Part shown: piece after piece, positions 1-11,180 of the stretch
Position numbering within the stretch: position 1 is the first letter of the stretch
Layout: each line of letters begins with the position of its first letter
NCBI RefSeq assembly: GCF_018350175.1
Contig: NC_058368.1
Coordinates: 118,608,001-118,672,000 of the forward strand
Direction: 5' to 3'
DNA: 64,000 nt
From: Felis catus
Lineage: Eukaryota
Notes under the pieces: generated by a model
What the model saw: only the letters and a program-made list of their open reading frames with translations
Told to the model about the DNA's origin: nothing
Databases searched by the model: none
Program-made: the position numbers and the translations under genes

Positions 1-3000
1 TAAAATAGAAGAAAAAAAGTTTTCAAAGTCAATGTTGAGAGTAGAGCGTGAATATGCTGTTCTGGCTGACCTGGCCTAAGTCATACTGTCTGTCTACCCT
101 CCAGAGTCAGAGGTGGCATGACCTCTGCCTGTGAGGGAGAAATGTGGACCCTTAGAAGGAGAGCCAGGGGTACACTTGCCTAAACACGAGTGAATGAACA
201 CTGTGGGTAACCGAAACACACAGCATCATTTCTAAGAGCTCTGCTGGTCCCAGCCTTACCCTTTACTCCAGTCATTGTGCAGGAAATCCTATAGAATCTT
301 GATAAACCTCCTGCCTTTGACACTGTCTGGAGATAAGAAAGGGCCCGGTGTAATAACATATAACGTCTACAGAGCCAGAAAGGATTCTAGAATCTGCTCT
401 TTCAGTTTGCAAACCCCATTCTGCTCCTTGAGTGTTAACAGGAAAATAACAGAGATTGCTTATGTCATGGAGCTGAGGATCTCCTCCCCACCAGCTCAGA
501 GCAAGAAAATCAAAGTGAATATTTCCAGAACCCATTGCTGCATATGCTGGGTTGACATCAGGGTTTTTTCCTAGATTAGGGGTAGGACCTGTATGCGAGG
601 AAACTTGGCTTTGAGTCATCTATCTAGAAATGCAGTACTCTGACCTCATAGTTGTTTTTGTCAAGGAAAGAAGTCACCTGTGTCTCTTTGGGATAAATTT
701 GCCTCCTGCCTCTCAAAGAGGCATTGTCGGGATTAATTTGATCGGTGTAAATGCCACTTGCTTGAAATTGTCTGAAGGAAGAAGAGAATGGAAGTTGAAA
801 GGAGTGAATTTTGTGCAGTGACTCACTGTCTGGCGGTCCTTTCTCTTGGGCAGGGCCCTGCTCTGGAAGCAGAACGTCACAGGCTCCTACTTTGGGATCA
901 TGTGTACTGTACCAAAGAATTTCTCATGCAGTTTCCAAAGCACAAAAGAACAAGGTTCTCTCTGCTGCTGATGGAGCTGTGTCACTCTTTCCAAAGGCAT
1001 GGAGGGGGTGTGAGGGGGGCAGAGGAACACAGAAAGACATTCTCTGTTGAAGATTACAATTTTTGCCTGGCGAATGGGGAGGTAGAAGCTTCGTGCTGAT
1101 GGGCCAGTGGTTTCATACTTGCTTTTAATGTTACATCCGTGTAAAGCCCGGAAATGTTAAAGGCAGAAGACTCCTTGCACTGTGATCTGACCACATCCTA
1201 CATACGTGTCAGTTCATATGCCATCTACTTAATGTCGTGCATTTGATAGCGAGTGAGTTTGTGTTTTTTATTTTTTTTTTCTGTTGCCCTTAAAATTTTC
1301 CTAAAATACTTTTCTTACTTGGACATTACTTAGATTTCATTTTTCCTCTTTTGCGTCCAGGTTTGTTTGTATTGGCTGTGACTCCAGTCTTGGGTTGAAA
1401 GCTAGGGAAGTTGCTTATAGGGGTTTTCAGGATTTCTGAATATGAAATTCAAGGAAATTGCATAATGTTGCAGCATTTCCTCTTCTTGTTGCTCGCTTGT
1501 TACTCAAAATACAGTAGTTTCTTCTAGAAGCTTGAAGGAATTTGGCAGATCCTACCCTCTGATGGTCTTTTGTGGTCTAGAGAGTCAGTGTTATCCTGAT
1601 TTGAGGCTGAGTTTTTCTTGAGGTCAAACAACAATGCTTCCTGAATTATAACTATGGCAACAGTGTTTATATAACACTCCAATCACAGGGCTGTGGGGGA
1701 GGAGGAGTACTCATAGCAATCAGTGTTAGTAATTCCAGAAACATTGCACTCCTGCTTAATTTACCAGGACCAGAAACAGGTTAAAATAGATGGCCCCTCT
1801 TGGCTGGGGATCTGGGTATGACTGACCACTTACATGCTCTGGGAGGAACGGTTTCACCCTTTCCCTTAAAATGATGTGAGCTTGATCTGAGATTTCTCAC
1901 AGGAAAGTATGTTAAGGGCCAGTGACACTGACAATGTGAAAGCATCACTATAAAGATAATATTCTCATCAAGGGCCTTATGACCCACTTTTAACCCACTG
2001 AGAATGACCGGAACAATGTTCTTCCTTTGTCATAAGCTCCTTATCCCTCAGTCAGGAGTGACACAGGGATCCCTATAGAAGTGTGAGATGGAACTAACTG
2101 GTTATCGGGGATTTATTTGCAGATTAGAAATAATGGAAGAGGAGAAATTGTATTCTGAAGAATTAAATTGCTTAGAATACACTGTCAGAGCAGTGAGGCC
2201 AAAGCAGTAGAGTGGTCTGCAGCCATGAAGGCAGGAAATCTTTGTGGCAGGAGCAGAAAGGGAAATAGCATTTTTGAGCACTTGCAGGTACTGTGAGGCT
2301 ATTTGAATTCTCCCAATACTCCATCAAAGTATTATTATTTAGCTCTAATTTACAATAATAAAACTTATTCAGAAATGGTAAATCGCCACGTGAAGGCATG
2401 TAGCTAAAATGTGGTAGAACCCCACTCTCCAGGGCCGCACACTTCCTGGCCACCACCCTCCTTCATCTGATCCCGGGCCACTTCCTCCAACCTAGAAATT
2501 TGAAGGCGTGTATAGGTGGAAGAGAAGACTCAGAATAATTCAACCTCAGATAGAGCTTCATTTGTCAGCCCAGGAATGCCCAGGGCCGCCTTCTAGATGA
2601 AGTAGAGCTTAGTCTTGTATGTCACAATGACATTGAGCCAGTCGCCTTGCTTTGGTGGACCATGAAGAGCTCTTAACTGTCTGTTATTTACATCTCACTA
2701 GTATGTAGGTGAGAAGGGTGGCCTTCTTAGGACTCCACCCTGCCACTCTTCTCTGTTCAGAATAGTAAGTCTTCCCATTCTTCCACTTGACAGCCTTTTG
2801 AGTGTTTGAAGACTAGTATTGTAATGGCTTGACCACAGCCAGAGCTGTGGTTGAGGAAATACATCTTGGAGTAGCAGTGTGTATGCCGGATAAGAGCAGA
2901 AGAAGAGCAGAGCCACCAAGACCAGGGAGAAGGCCAATGTCAGAGTGCTGACAAGATATCAAAACCTGACCAATGTCAGTAGAAAAAGAAATGGGAATGA

Positions 3001-5765
3001 AGAATAGATTTGAGGAATATGATCGTGATAGAATTGATCAATTGGTTCTGGTGGCTCCCCAAGGAGAATGAAAGTGGTATCCACGAGGAGCATGGATGCT
3101 GGGAGGAGCAGCAGGTGTCCAGAACACTTTATTTTCCCCAGTCTTACCGAGGAATTACACAAGAAGTGAGCCCGCTCTATCCTTAGGTACAAAGCAGCAG
3201 GGAATGAATGGGAAAGAAAGTTCATTTTTCCATCATCATTGTTACAATCGCGTTGAACAGCAAGCAATCATTTGTATTCACTGGTATGCTGGTGTGTTTG
3301 TAAGCAAAATGGCTTGAGGGGCCATCAGATTGTCTATCCACTTGGCTTCAGGAACACAACCATTTGGTCATAGTTTGCTGGGCCATTTTCCAAGAGACTG
3401 CCTGAGCCTGAGGTGCCTGTGTTGCATAGGTGCAGGGAGACTCAATACTATGAGGTATAGGAACTCCTTCCTTGGCATTTCACAAGTTCCTGGTGACACC
3501 ATAGCCTCTGAAACTGTTAGCAACGATTTACTGACACCGGTTGGGGGTAGTGCTAACACGGAGCAGAGAAAACAGATGGCTCTGTGAGGAGTTTGTGTAG
3601 CCTCACCTTAAGCCAAATAATGTAAATCTGCTTTATATTGCCTTGTAATAAGTCCTGAGTGGTACACTTTGATTCTTCTCTAATGTAGAGATTGCTGGTG
3701 CATTTGCCAGGTGTCTGAAAGAATGCTATATGCTCCCTCAACAGTGATAGATCTAGCTTACCTTTTCTACCAGGTCAGTGCATCGATGCATTGTCCTCAT
3801 CAACTCCAACATGGGGATTTAAAAAAAAAAATCAGTCTCTCTTTTACTCTTCTCCTCAAAAACTGTTCATCTAATCAATACTTATTGAGTGGCCTGCTGT
3901 ATTCTAGTTACTGAACCCTCTTTCCAAATAATTCTGCAGAGTTCAAGAGCAAGGTTTTCACATTTGTTCAGGAGGAAGTCGTTGGGAAGAGCTGTCAGAT
4001 AGATTTTTATTGGCTTCACTTTCAAGAGAGCCTCCCTCAGCCAGCAAATGTGATACTGGTAGGAGTGGAAAGGGTGAGCCAAAGGGAGCGTTGCTAGGTG
4101 AGAAATAGTCAAGCAGCAGCAGCCGCCATTTGATTTCGATTCTCTCCAGCCCATCAGGCTGTGGTGACGAGAGGCACACTTGTCACGTGCAGAGGGGGAG
4201 CCAGTACCCAGCTCCAAAGCTCTGGCCCCTCTGGACGCTGTTGAGACACATCCTTCTTTAGTGAAAGCTATTCAGACTGGCTTTACTCTCCATGCTTCAG
4301 ATTCAAACAGTTCCTTCTCCTACCTCTTCCAATACAGCTTGTGGCCCACCATGAGAAGGGTGTCTCCCCTTGATGTAAAAATGCATGTCAGTTACTGAGT
4401 GGCATTCCGCAGACCAAAGGTGTCTTACTAGTAACCGCTCAGAAGCGGCACTTAAAGTTTCTAAATTGAGTCTGTTGATCGAGATTGACGAGGATTCCAG
4501 CGAGATGCTGTGCTAAGAATTCTGTCTGCCACACAGTCCTTGGCAAGTTCTCTGTGTATGTGCTCAGAGCTTCAGGGAAGGATGTTTTTTGGGCATCCTA
4601 AAGTGTATCAAATGGTTGTGGCTTTCAATTACTGCTCTACTTGTATTAATTGGAAGTTGGTAAAATTACTGTTAGGTTTAAATTGGGTGGAAGTTTTGTT
4701 CTTACATAATGGTTGCATTGTTGACTTTGTAATTACTGCTTAGCTTCTTTTGAGTTTTTTGTTAATTGCCAAGGTTTTTTTCCCCCCTGGGAAGGGGGAC
4801 TGAGTGTGGAAGTTGCGTGAGGTTGTAGTTAAGCACGGAATCTAGTCTAGAGGACTCTGCCACTTGTTAGCTTTGTATCCTTCGGAACGTTATTTAACCT
4901 TCATAATGCTATAAAGTAGAGGTGGTGGTAGTGCCCCACAGGCTTCAGGAGAAATTAAAGTAATTCATGTAAATGCTTGGTATGGTACATGGCCCATAAT
5001 TTGTGGTGGAAAGTGGTTGGACAAGACATGGGTGGTAGGTGGTTATTTTATATTTGACTGCTATTAAAAAAAATTGAGAACCTGTTGCTCTAAAAGTTGG
5101 CTTTAGATCAAACTTTTTTCGTGTTTTCCTTTAGTCCTTTAGTTAATTTCAGTTGGTTGAATTAACATGCTAATGAGTCCAGTGTCACTGGATCCCTCAA
5201 ACTACACCCCCATCTTTAGCCTTCTATGCCTTGGGGGTAAGTGTGAAGGGAAGGAAGGAGAAGGATGATCGTGCTAGTGGTGAAATTTCATGTTTATGGA
5301 GTGTTCAGTGGGACATAGAATTGTGATAAATGTTGTATATCTCTTACCTCATTTAATTTTCACAGCACCGCTAAGAGGTAGGAAATGTTAATATCCCCAT
5401 TTTACAGGTGGCAAGATTGTGGTTTAGAGATGGTAAGTGATTTGAGAAAGCATGTTAACTGATTCAGTCTTCCTTGGAGCCGTAATTCACCAGCTGTTTA
5501 GTGACTCATGTCCCTGTGAGTTGATCCAGGACAATTATGTTCTGTCCTTTCGAGACCAAGGCTCTTGAAAAGCTTCCTTGAAAGCTTATAAACCTGGGAT
5601 AATTCTGCTAATCAGTTGTAAGAGAGAAGCCATGGCCAAAGAGACCTTTTATTTCAGGGAGCTGTCCTTAACTCTGTGCTTCAGTCTTAGACTAGTAAGT
5701 ATCTATGAGATCTATAGAAGAAGGTTTCCCCTGAACTTAATACAACACTGTATGTTAATTATACT

Positions 5766-5766
<1 letters not shown>

Positions 5767-5796
<30 letters not shown>
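5767..5796. repeat. (TAA)n microsatellite
   Basis: Directly visible, about 10 units. Confidence 0.95.
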
Positions 5797-5797
<1 letters not shown>

Positions 5798-5974
5798 GAT
5801 TTTCCCAGAACAGACTGTTTCTAAAGGGTGAATTGCACGCCCTTATCTTGTGTCAGTATGAAAGGTATTTATGAACCATAGACTATTGGTTTTGCTTGAT
5901 AGTCGTGTGCATTTGCTGCTGTTTGGAAAAGTGAACAAATATTGTAACCTCCGTTTAGAGGCAAGATAGAATAG

Positions 5975-6190
5975 GAAGTCTCCCACTGGCTTTCTGTCCT
6001 TGGACAAACTAACCTCTCTGGGCCTCAGGTTTCACATCTGTGAAATGGGAATAATGCTAGTACATAAGCCATACGGTGGTTAAAAGGATTCAGGTTTCAC
6101 ATCTGTGAAATGGGAATAATGCTAGTACGTAAGCCATACGGTGGTTAAAGGGATTCAGTGATGTGTGTGGTACTTGGTAAATTAAACAAA
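5975..6190 (+). mobile_element. MIR fragment containing a 65-bp tandem duplication
   Basis: MIR core-like 'aacctctctgggcctcaggtttcacatctgtgaaatgggaataat', present twice. Confidence 0.75.
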
Positions 6191-6964
6191 GCCATCCCCA
6201 CTTAGTGCTATTACCGTGTTGCCATCTGGCCTGTGAGATGGTGAGGCTGTTCTCCCCTCCCCCCACCCCCCGGGGGCCTTCCCTGTCAGGCCATGTAGTC
6301 ACACAGTTCTGGCAGGCATGGTTTGTTAGCTTTATTTCAAAACTCATTCTCTTTGCCTCATTTACCAAAGTAGACAGAGATTAATGGCCTGGCCTCAAAG
6401 GATCGGGCAGCACATGTTTCTGGCACCTTTGGCTCATTGATCACGCCTCTCCAATTTGGGGAATGCTTGGGTGTTGTGGGCAAGGGCCTCCTGAGACCCC
6501 AGAAAGCTTGAAGGAATGTAATTTAGCGCTAATTCTCCTCCTAATTAAGGAGAGCTAAAAGCCTTGAATTTTGTTTTCCTTTCTGGATTTTGCCACTAAT
6601 AAACAGGAGCTAGTTTTTCTTGGATGGAAAGTTTAAATGTAATGGACAGAATGAATTGATCAGGGGTGGCCGAAAAAAAAAAACACTTGACAAAATAGAG
6701 TCTCTTTGCTTGCGCTTCACTTACCGAGCTTTTCAAGGTTAGGGAACACCATTCACCGTGGATTGCTGGTCCTAGCTGTTAGGTGGCTACCCGCTTCACT
6801 CACAGATGACAACATCTTGGAGGATCACCTTGCTGTCCTCCACCCCAGAGTCATCTCCATCCCTTCTCTACTGTGCACTGATGGCTTGTTGCACTGGTCT
6901 TCCTCCCCCCTGAAGGCCATGTGCCAGGATCACAGTCTTTTGGCTCCTAATCCTTAGAACTTTT

Positions 6965-7176
6965 TTTTTTTTAACATTTTTTTTTTTAATTTTATTTTTG
7001 AGAGACAGAGCGTGAGCGGGATAAGGGAAGAGAGAGAGGAGACATAGAATCCAAAGCAGGCTGCAGGCTCTGAGCTGTCAGCATAGATCCCGACACGGGG
7101 CTCGAACCCACAAACCGTGAGATCATGACCTGAGCCAAAGTCAGACCCTTAACTGACTGAGCCACCCAGATGCCCC
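6965..7176 (-). mobile_element. CAN-SINE (SINEC)
   Basis: tRNA-derived head, (CT)n and A tail on the minus strand. TSD taatc(c/t)ttagaactttt at 6948 and 7177. Confidence 0.95.
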
Positions 7177-7625
7177 TAATCTTTAGAACTTTTAAGCATA
7201 AAAGGTGATGCCTTTTCATTTGCCACACAATCTGCCTCAAGTACAGAAACCCTTTTCTTTAATTTTTATCCTCCTGACTTCCGAACAGTGTCTGTGCCTC
7301 TTTAGTCTTCTTTAAGAAATCAATAATAATGATGGATTTATTTGTCTTATTTAGAGTTTGATCATTCAAAACCTTCTTGGTCGACTTGTTCAATTTACAG
7401 ATAAGGCAGTAGAGGCCCAGACCTGGTGATAGCTTTACCCAAAGACAGAAGGCAACTGAGGGGCCAAGTTGAAAAGCTCTTGACCAGCCATTCCCACCCA
7501 TACTTGGCTAGCAGATGAAAATCACTTTTAGAGTTTGATGGCTCTTTTTTTCGAGGTGCTTGGTCAGTACTTCCAGGGCTTAAATAAGTGGTTCTCAGCC
7601 ATGAGTAGCCATCAGAATCCCTTGA

Positions 7626-7676
7626 GATAGATAGATAGATACATACATACATACATACATACATACATACATACAT
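7626..7676. repeat. Compound (GATA)n(CATA)n microsatellite
   Basis: Directly visible. Confidence 0.95.
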
Positions 7677-7836
7677 GTGTACATAGTTAGGAAGACCAAC
7701 TTTACCCTATGCCTTTTCATATATACAGAATCATAATCACCAAAGAAATATTTGAAAAACTTTGATTCTATCCCCCTCCCCGCCCCCCACACACACCAAA
7801 GCAGAGGATTTACCTTACTTAATAATGTCACCATAT

Positions 7837-8393
7837 CAGGGATTGGCAAACTGCCCTACAGGCCAAACCCAGCATATTATCTGCTTTTTTTTTTATTGCC
7901 TGTGAACTAAACATGCCATTTATAGATGAATATTTACAATGGGAATATTTGATGGGAATACTAACTTTGATGGGAATACTAACTTTGACCCCAATTAAGT
8001 CCAATGTTATCCTCCCTGTATAAAACCAATAAACAAATAAAACCTCATTCTTCTGATTCGTGGATCTGCATTTTGAAAAATTACATTCCTTGGAAAAGAT
8101 ACTCCACATGGCCAATCTCATTTGAGAACTACTTACTCTACAGAGTTATTGAGCCAAGCATTTCTGAAAAGAGAGCCTCGAAACCCTAATGGGGATTTTT
8201 ACCTGCAAGGAATATTGTATCTGTATTTTAAAAACATGCTATATTTAAAATTTTGTCAACCAAAAAATTTGTGGAAATTAGTTTTCTCTCTTATTGAACA
8301 TGTACCTACATAATATTGATTTTTGTCTCTTGGCCTACAAAGCCTGTTATATTTACTTTCTGACTCTTCACAGAAGAAACTTGCAGATTCTTG
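7837..8393. mobile_element. MER58-like hAT DNA transposon relic
   Basis: Ends cagggattggcaaact... and ...cagaagaaacttgcagattcttg resemble MER58 termini. Confidence 0.6.
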
Positions 8394-8607
8394 CAATATG
8401 TCATTGTCTGTTTTCTTTTGGAGTATTTTCCCTTTTTCTGTATTGGAGCACTTCCCCTTTTATGATTTCTGTGAATCACTTAAGGGTTTTATATTATGAA
8501 AGTAGTATATTCTCCTTACAACATTCAAATTTCATAAGTATATAAAGTAAAATGTGATTGGCCCCATTCCCTATTGTTAATACTTAGCAGTTTATAATGT
8601 ATCTTTT

Positions 8608-8790
8608 TCCTGACTATGCCATTTACTAGCTATGAGACCTTAGTTAACCTCTCTGTTTCAAATTCTCCATCTGTACTACAGTGATAACACTTCCTACCTA
8701 ACAGAATTGTTGTGTAGATAATTTGAGATAATTCATATGTATTTATCAGCACCTTGCTTGGTTCACAGTAAATGCTTAATGATTGTAACT
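8608..8790 (+). mobile_element. MIR fragment
   Basis: 'ccatttactagctatgagacctt..aacctctctg..ctccatctgt..gtaaatgcttaatga'. Confidence 0.7.
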
Positions 8791-8860
8791 ATTTAAAAGT
8801 TTTCTTCTTTTTAATTTGTATACACACATAAATTTTTTTTTTAAAAGAGTATGATCTTTG

Positions 8861-9067
8861 GGGGCGCTTGGGTGGCTCAATTGGTTGAGCGTCCAACTTT
8901 GACTCCGGCCATAATCTCATTGTCTGTGGGCTCAAGCCTCATGTCTGGCTCTGTGCTGACAGCTCAGAGCCTGGAGCCTGCTTCAGATTCTGCAGCTCCT
9001 TCTCTCTCTGCTCCTCCCCCCTCGCACTCTGTCTTCCTCCAAAGTAAATGTTAAAAAAAATTTTTTT
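8861..9067 (+). mobile_element. CAN-SINE (SINEC)
   Basis: ggggcgcttgggtggctca head, CT tract and A/T tail. Imperfect TSD containing tatgatcttt. Confidence 0.93.
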
Positions 9068-9214
9068 AGAGAATATGATCTTTTATTTTTTTACAGTAAA
9101 GTTCCACAGGTGATTCTGATGTACACACAGTTGAGAACAGCTGAAGTGAATACTAGGCAGTAGATGATTTTAGAGGGGATTCATATTTGGGGCCCACAAA
9201 TTGCCTTCCATCTT

Positions 9215-9447
9215 TTTTTTTTTTTTTTAATTTTTTTTTTTTTCAACATTTATTTTATTTTTGGGACAGAGAGAGACAGAGCATGAACGGGGGAGGGGCA
9301 GAGAGAGAGGGAGACACAGAATCGGAAACAGGCTCCAGGCTCTGAGCCATCAGCCCAGAGCCCGACGCAGGGCTCGAACTCACGGACCGCGAGATCGTGA
9401 CCTGGCTGAAGTCGGACGCTTAACCGACTGCGCCACCCAGGCGCCCC
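9215..9447 (-). mobile_element. Young SINEC_Fc-like SINE (inner copy of a dimer)
   Basis: Near-consensus with CpGs retained. Long T tail on the + strand. Confidence 0.95.
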
Positions 9448-9648
9448 TTTAATGTTTATTTTTGAGACAGAGAGAGACAGAGCACGAACAGGGGAGGGTC
9501 AGAGAGAGAGGGAGACACAGAATCGGAAACAGGCTCCAGGCTCCGAGCCATCAGCCCAGAGCCTGACGCGGGGCTCGAACTCCCGGACCGCGAGATCGTG
9601 ACCTGGCTGAAGTCGGACGCTTAACCGACTGCGCCACCCAGGCGCCCC
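9448..9648 (-). mobile_element. Young SINEC_Fc-like SINE (outer copy of a dimer)
   Basis: Near-consensus and CpG-rich. ccatctt flanks the dimer at 9208 and 9650. Confidence 0.95.
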
Positions 9649-9754
9649 GCCATCTTACAGCACAAATTACGGAAAGGGGCAGGATATAATTTTCTTCGTT
9701 GAACCTGGGATGGTATAAAGTACACACAAGTAAATGTTTATTTCTATTTTCCAG

Positions 9755-9791
9755 GTCTACAATTCGAACAAAGACAGTCAGAGCGAAGGGA
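9755..9791 (+). CDS. ARHGAP26: ARHGAP26/GRAF1 coding exon (37 nt, likely exon 12), VYNSNKDSQSEG+A
   Basis: tttctattttccAG acceptor and GTAAGT donor at 9792. Phase 0-1, joins in frame to the exon at 33141 (A+CT=Thr). Peptide recognised as the GRAF1 PH-GAP linker. Confidence 0.93.
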
Positions 9792-10975
9792 GTAAGTATG
9801 TCCCTTGGATAATTTCCTACAGCTGGGGTTGGGATGGAGCTTTAAAAGTTGCTGCTCTGGGGAAGAGCCACCAGGGGGTGCTGTGGGCATGTTGGGTCTG
9901 CCCCTTTCCCCTGGCGCTGTGTGAGGTGCTTCCACACTGACTTACTAAGTCAATGACTCCAGGGCATTCAGTGAGCTTGACTGGCAAGGCTGTAATGACA
10001 CCTTGCGTTATATAACCCTTCGCACTTTACAAAGCATTTTCATGTATATTATCTCAGTTAATCCTAGTTCTTGATAATGTAGCTCCAATCACCATTTAAA
10101 AGCCACTTAATTGAATAATACACAGCTCCCCAAGAACCCTGTCCTATGGGAAAGCCAGAATTGCCTCCTAGCTGGTCTTGTTCAAAGGACTGTAGAGGCA
10201 GCAACTGTCTTGGTGATGGCTTAGTAACTCTGTGTTCTTTACATTTTTGAAGAGGAAAGAGTAGAAATGGTAAACTCTGTAATAACACTCTTCTTTGATG
10301 GGAGTGACCCTGGGCAGTCTCGGTAGAATATACAACACATTTCCCCTACTGCTGGTTCCGAGCACTCTGGTTAATCATAATTTCCAAGGGCACCTGTAAC
10401 CTTGCAAAGGCGATGGGATTAAAATGAAAAGCTATTGCGAGAGTGTTTGGACTGATGATATCCTTGGTGGATAGAAGTACGAACCAGTTCCTTCCAGGCT
10501 GCTTATAAGAGTGCAGAGGAAGTCCTGTCCCCTTGCCTCGAATTTGCTTTATAAAATCCACTTGAAGACAAATTCAAATATAGTGCAAACATGAATTCCA
10601 GTGACATCAAAAAAAATCAGTAAAACAGGGCCTCTCCATGTGGACAAAAGGATGAGGTATTTCTGTGTGTGTGAAATCCCTTAAAGGACAGAGATTTTCC
10701 TTTCGTTCTTTCCAAAATACAGATTTTGACCAGCAGTTTTATATAAAATACTAAGTAATTTGTATTGTTTGCTATTGGTACATTAAGAGGCATTTCGGGG
10801 AGGGAAAAAGGTTTTTCTTTTTTCTTTTTCCCTCAAGAATTGAATAAAGGAAAATATTTTCAAGGAAATAAGTGCTCCCCCCCCCCCCCCCCGCCCCCGC
10901 CCCAATCATCAGGTGGGATTGTTTTAGTGTATTTTGAAATCAAGCCTGGCTAACTTTTCTAAAGTAACAATGGCA

Positions 10976-11180
10976 GGGGCGCCTGGGTGGCTCAGTCAGT
11001 TGAGCATCCAACTCTTGATTTTAGCTCAGGTCATGATCCCAGAGTCCTGAGATCCAGCCCCACATCGGGCTCCGCGCTGAGCATGGAGCCTACTTAAGGT
11101 TTCCTCTCCTTCTGTCTCTGCCCCTCTCCTGCACATGCGTGCATTCTCTGTCTCTCAAAATAAATGAATAAACATTTAAA
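10976..11180 (+). mobile_element. CAN-SINE (older SINEC)
   Basis: Head, CT tract and tail. Degenerate TSD aaagtaacaatggca / aaaataacattagca. Confidence 0.93.

Noticed and set aside
6025..6154. Direct repeats considered as CRISPR-like or a prokaryotic/viral insert
   Set aside because: Only two copies with no spacers, in MIR-derived mammalian sequence. No CRISPR array, operon, NUMT or retroviral coding sequence was recognised anywhere in the window.
8861..8950. tRNA-like A/B boxes in SINE heads (also in all other SINEC copies)
   Set aside because: These are tRNA-derived SINE heads followed by (CT)n and an A tail, not tRNA genes.
9215..9648. CpG-rich stretch resembling a CpG island or promoter
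   Set aside because: Fully explained by two young SINEs.
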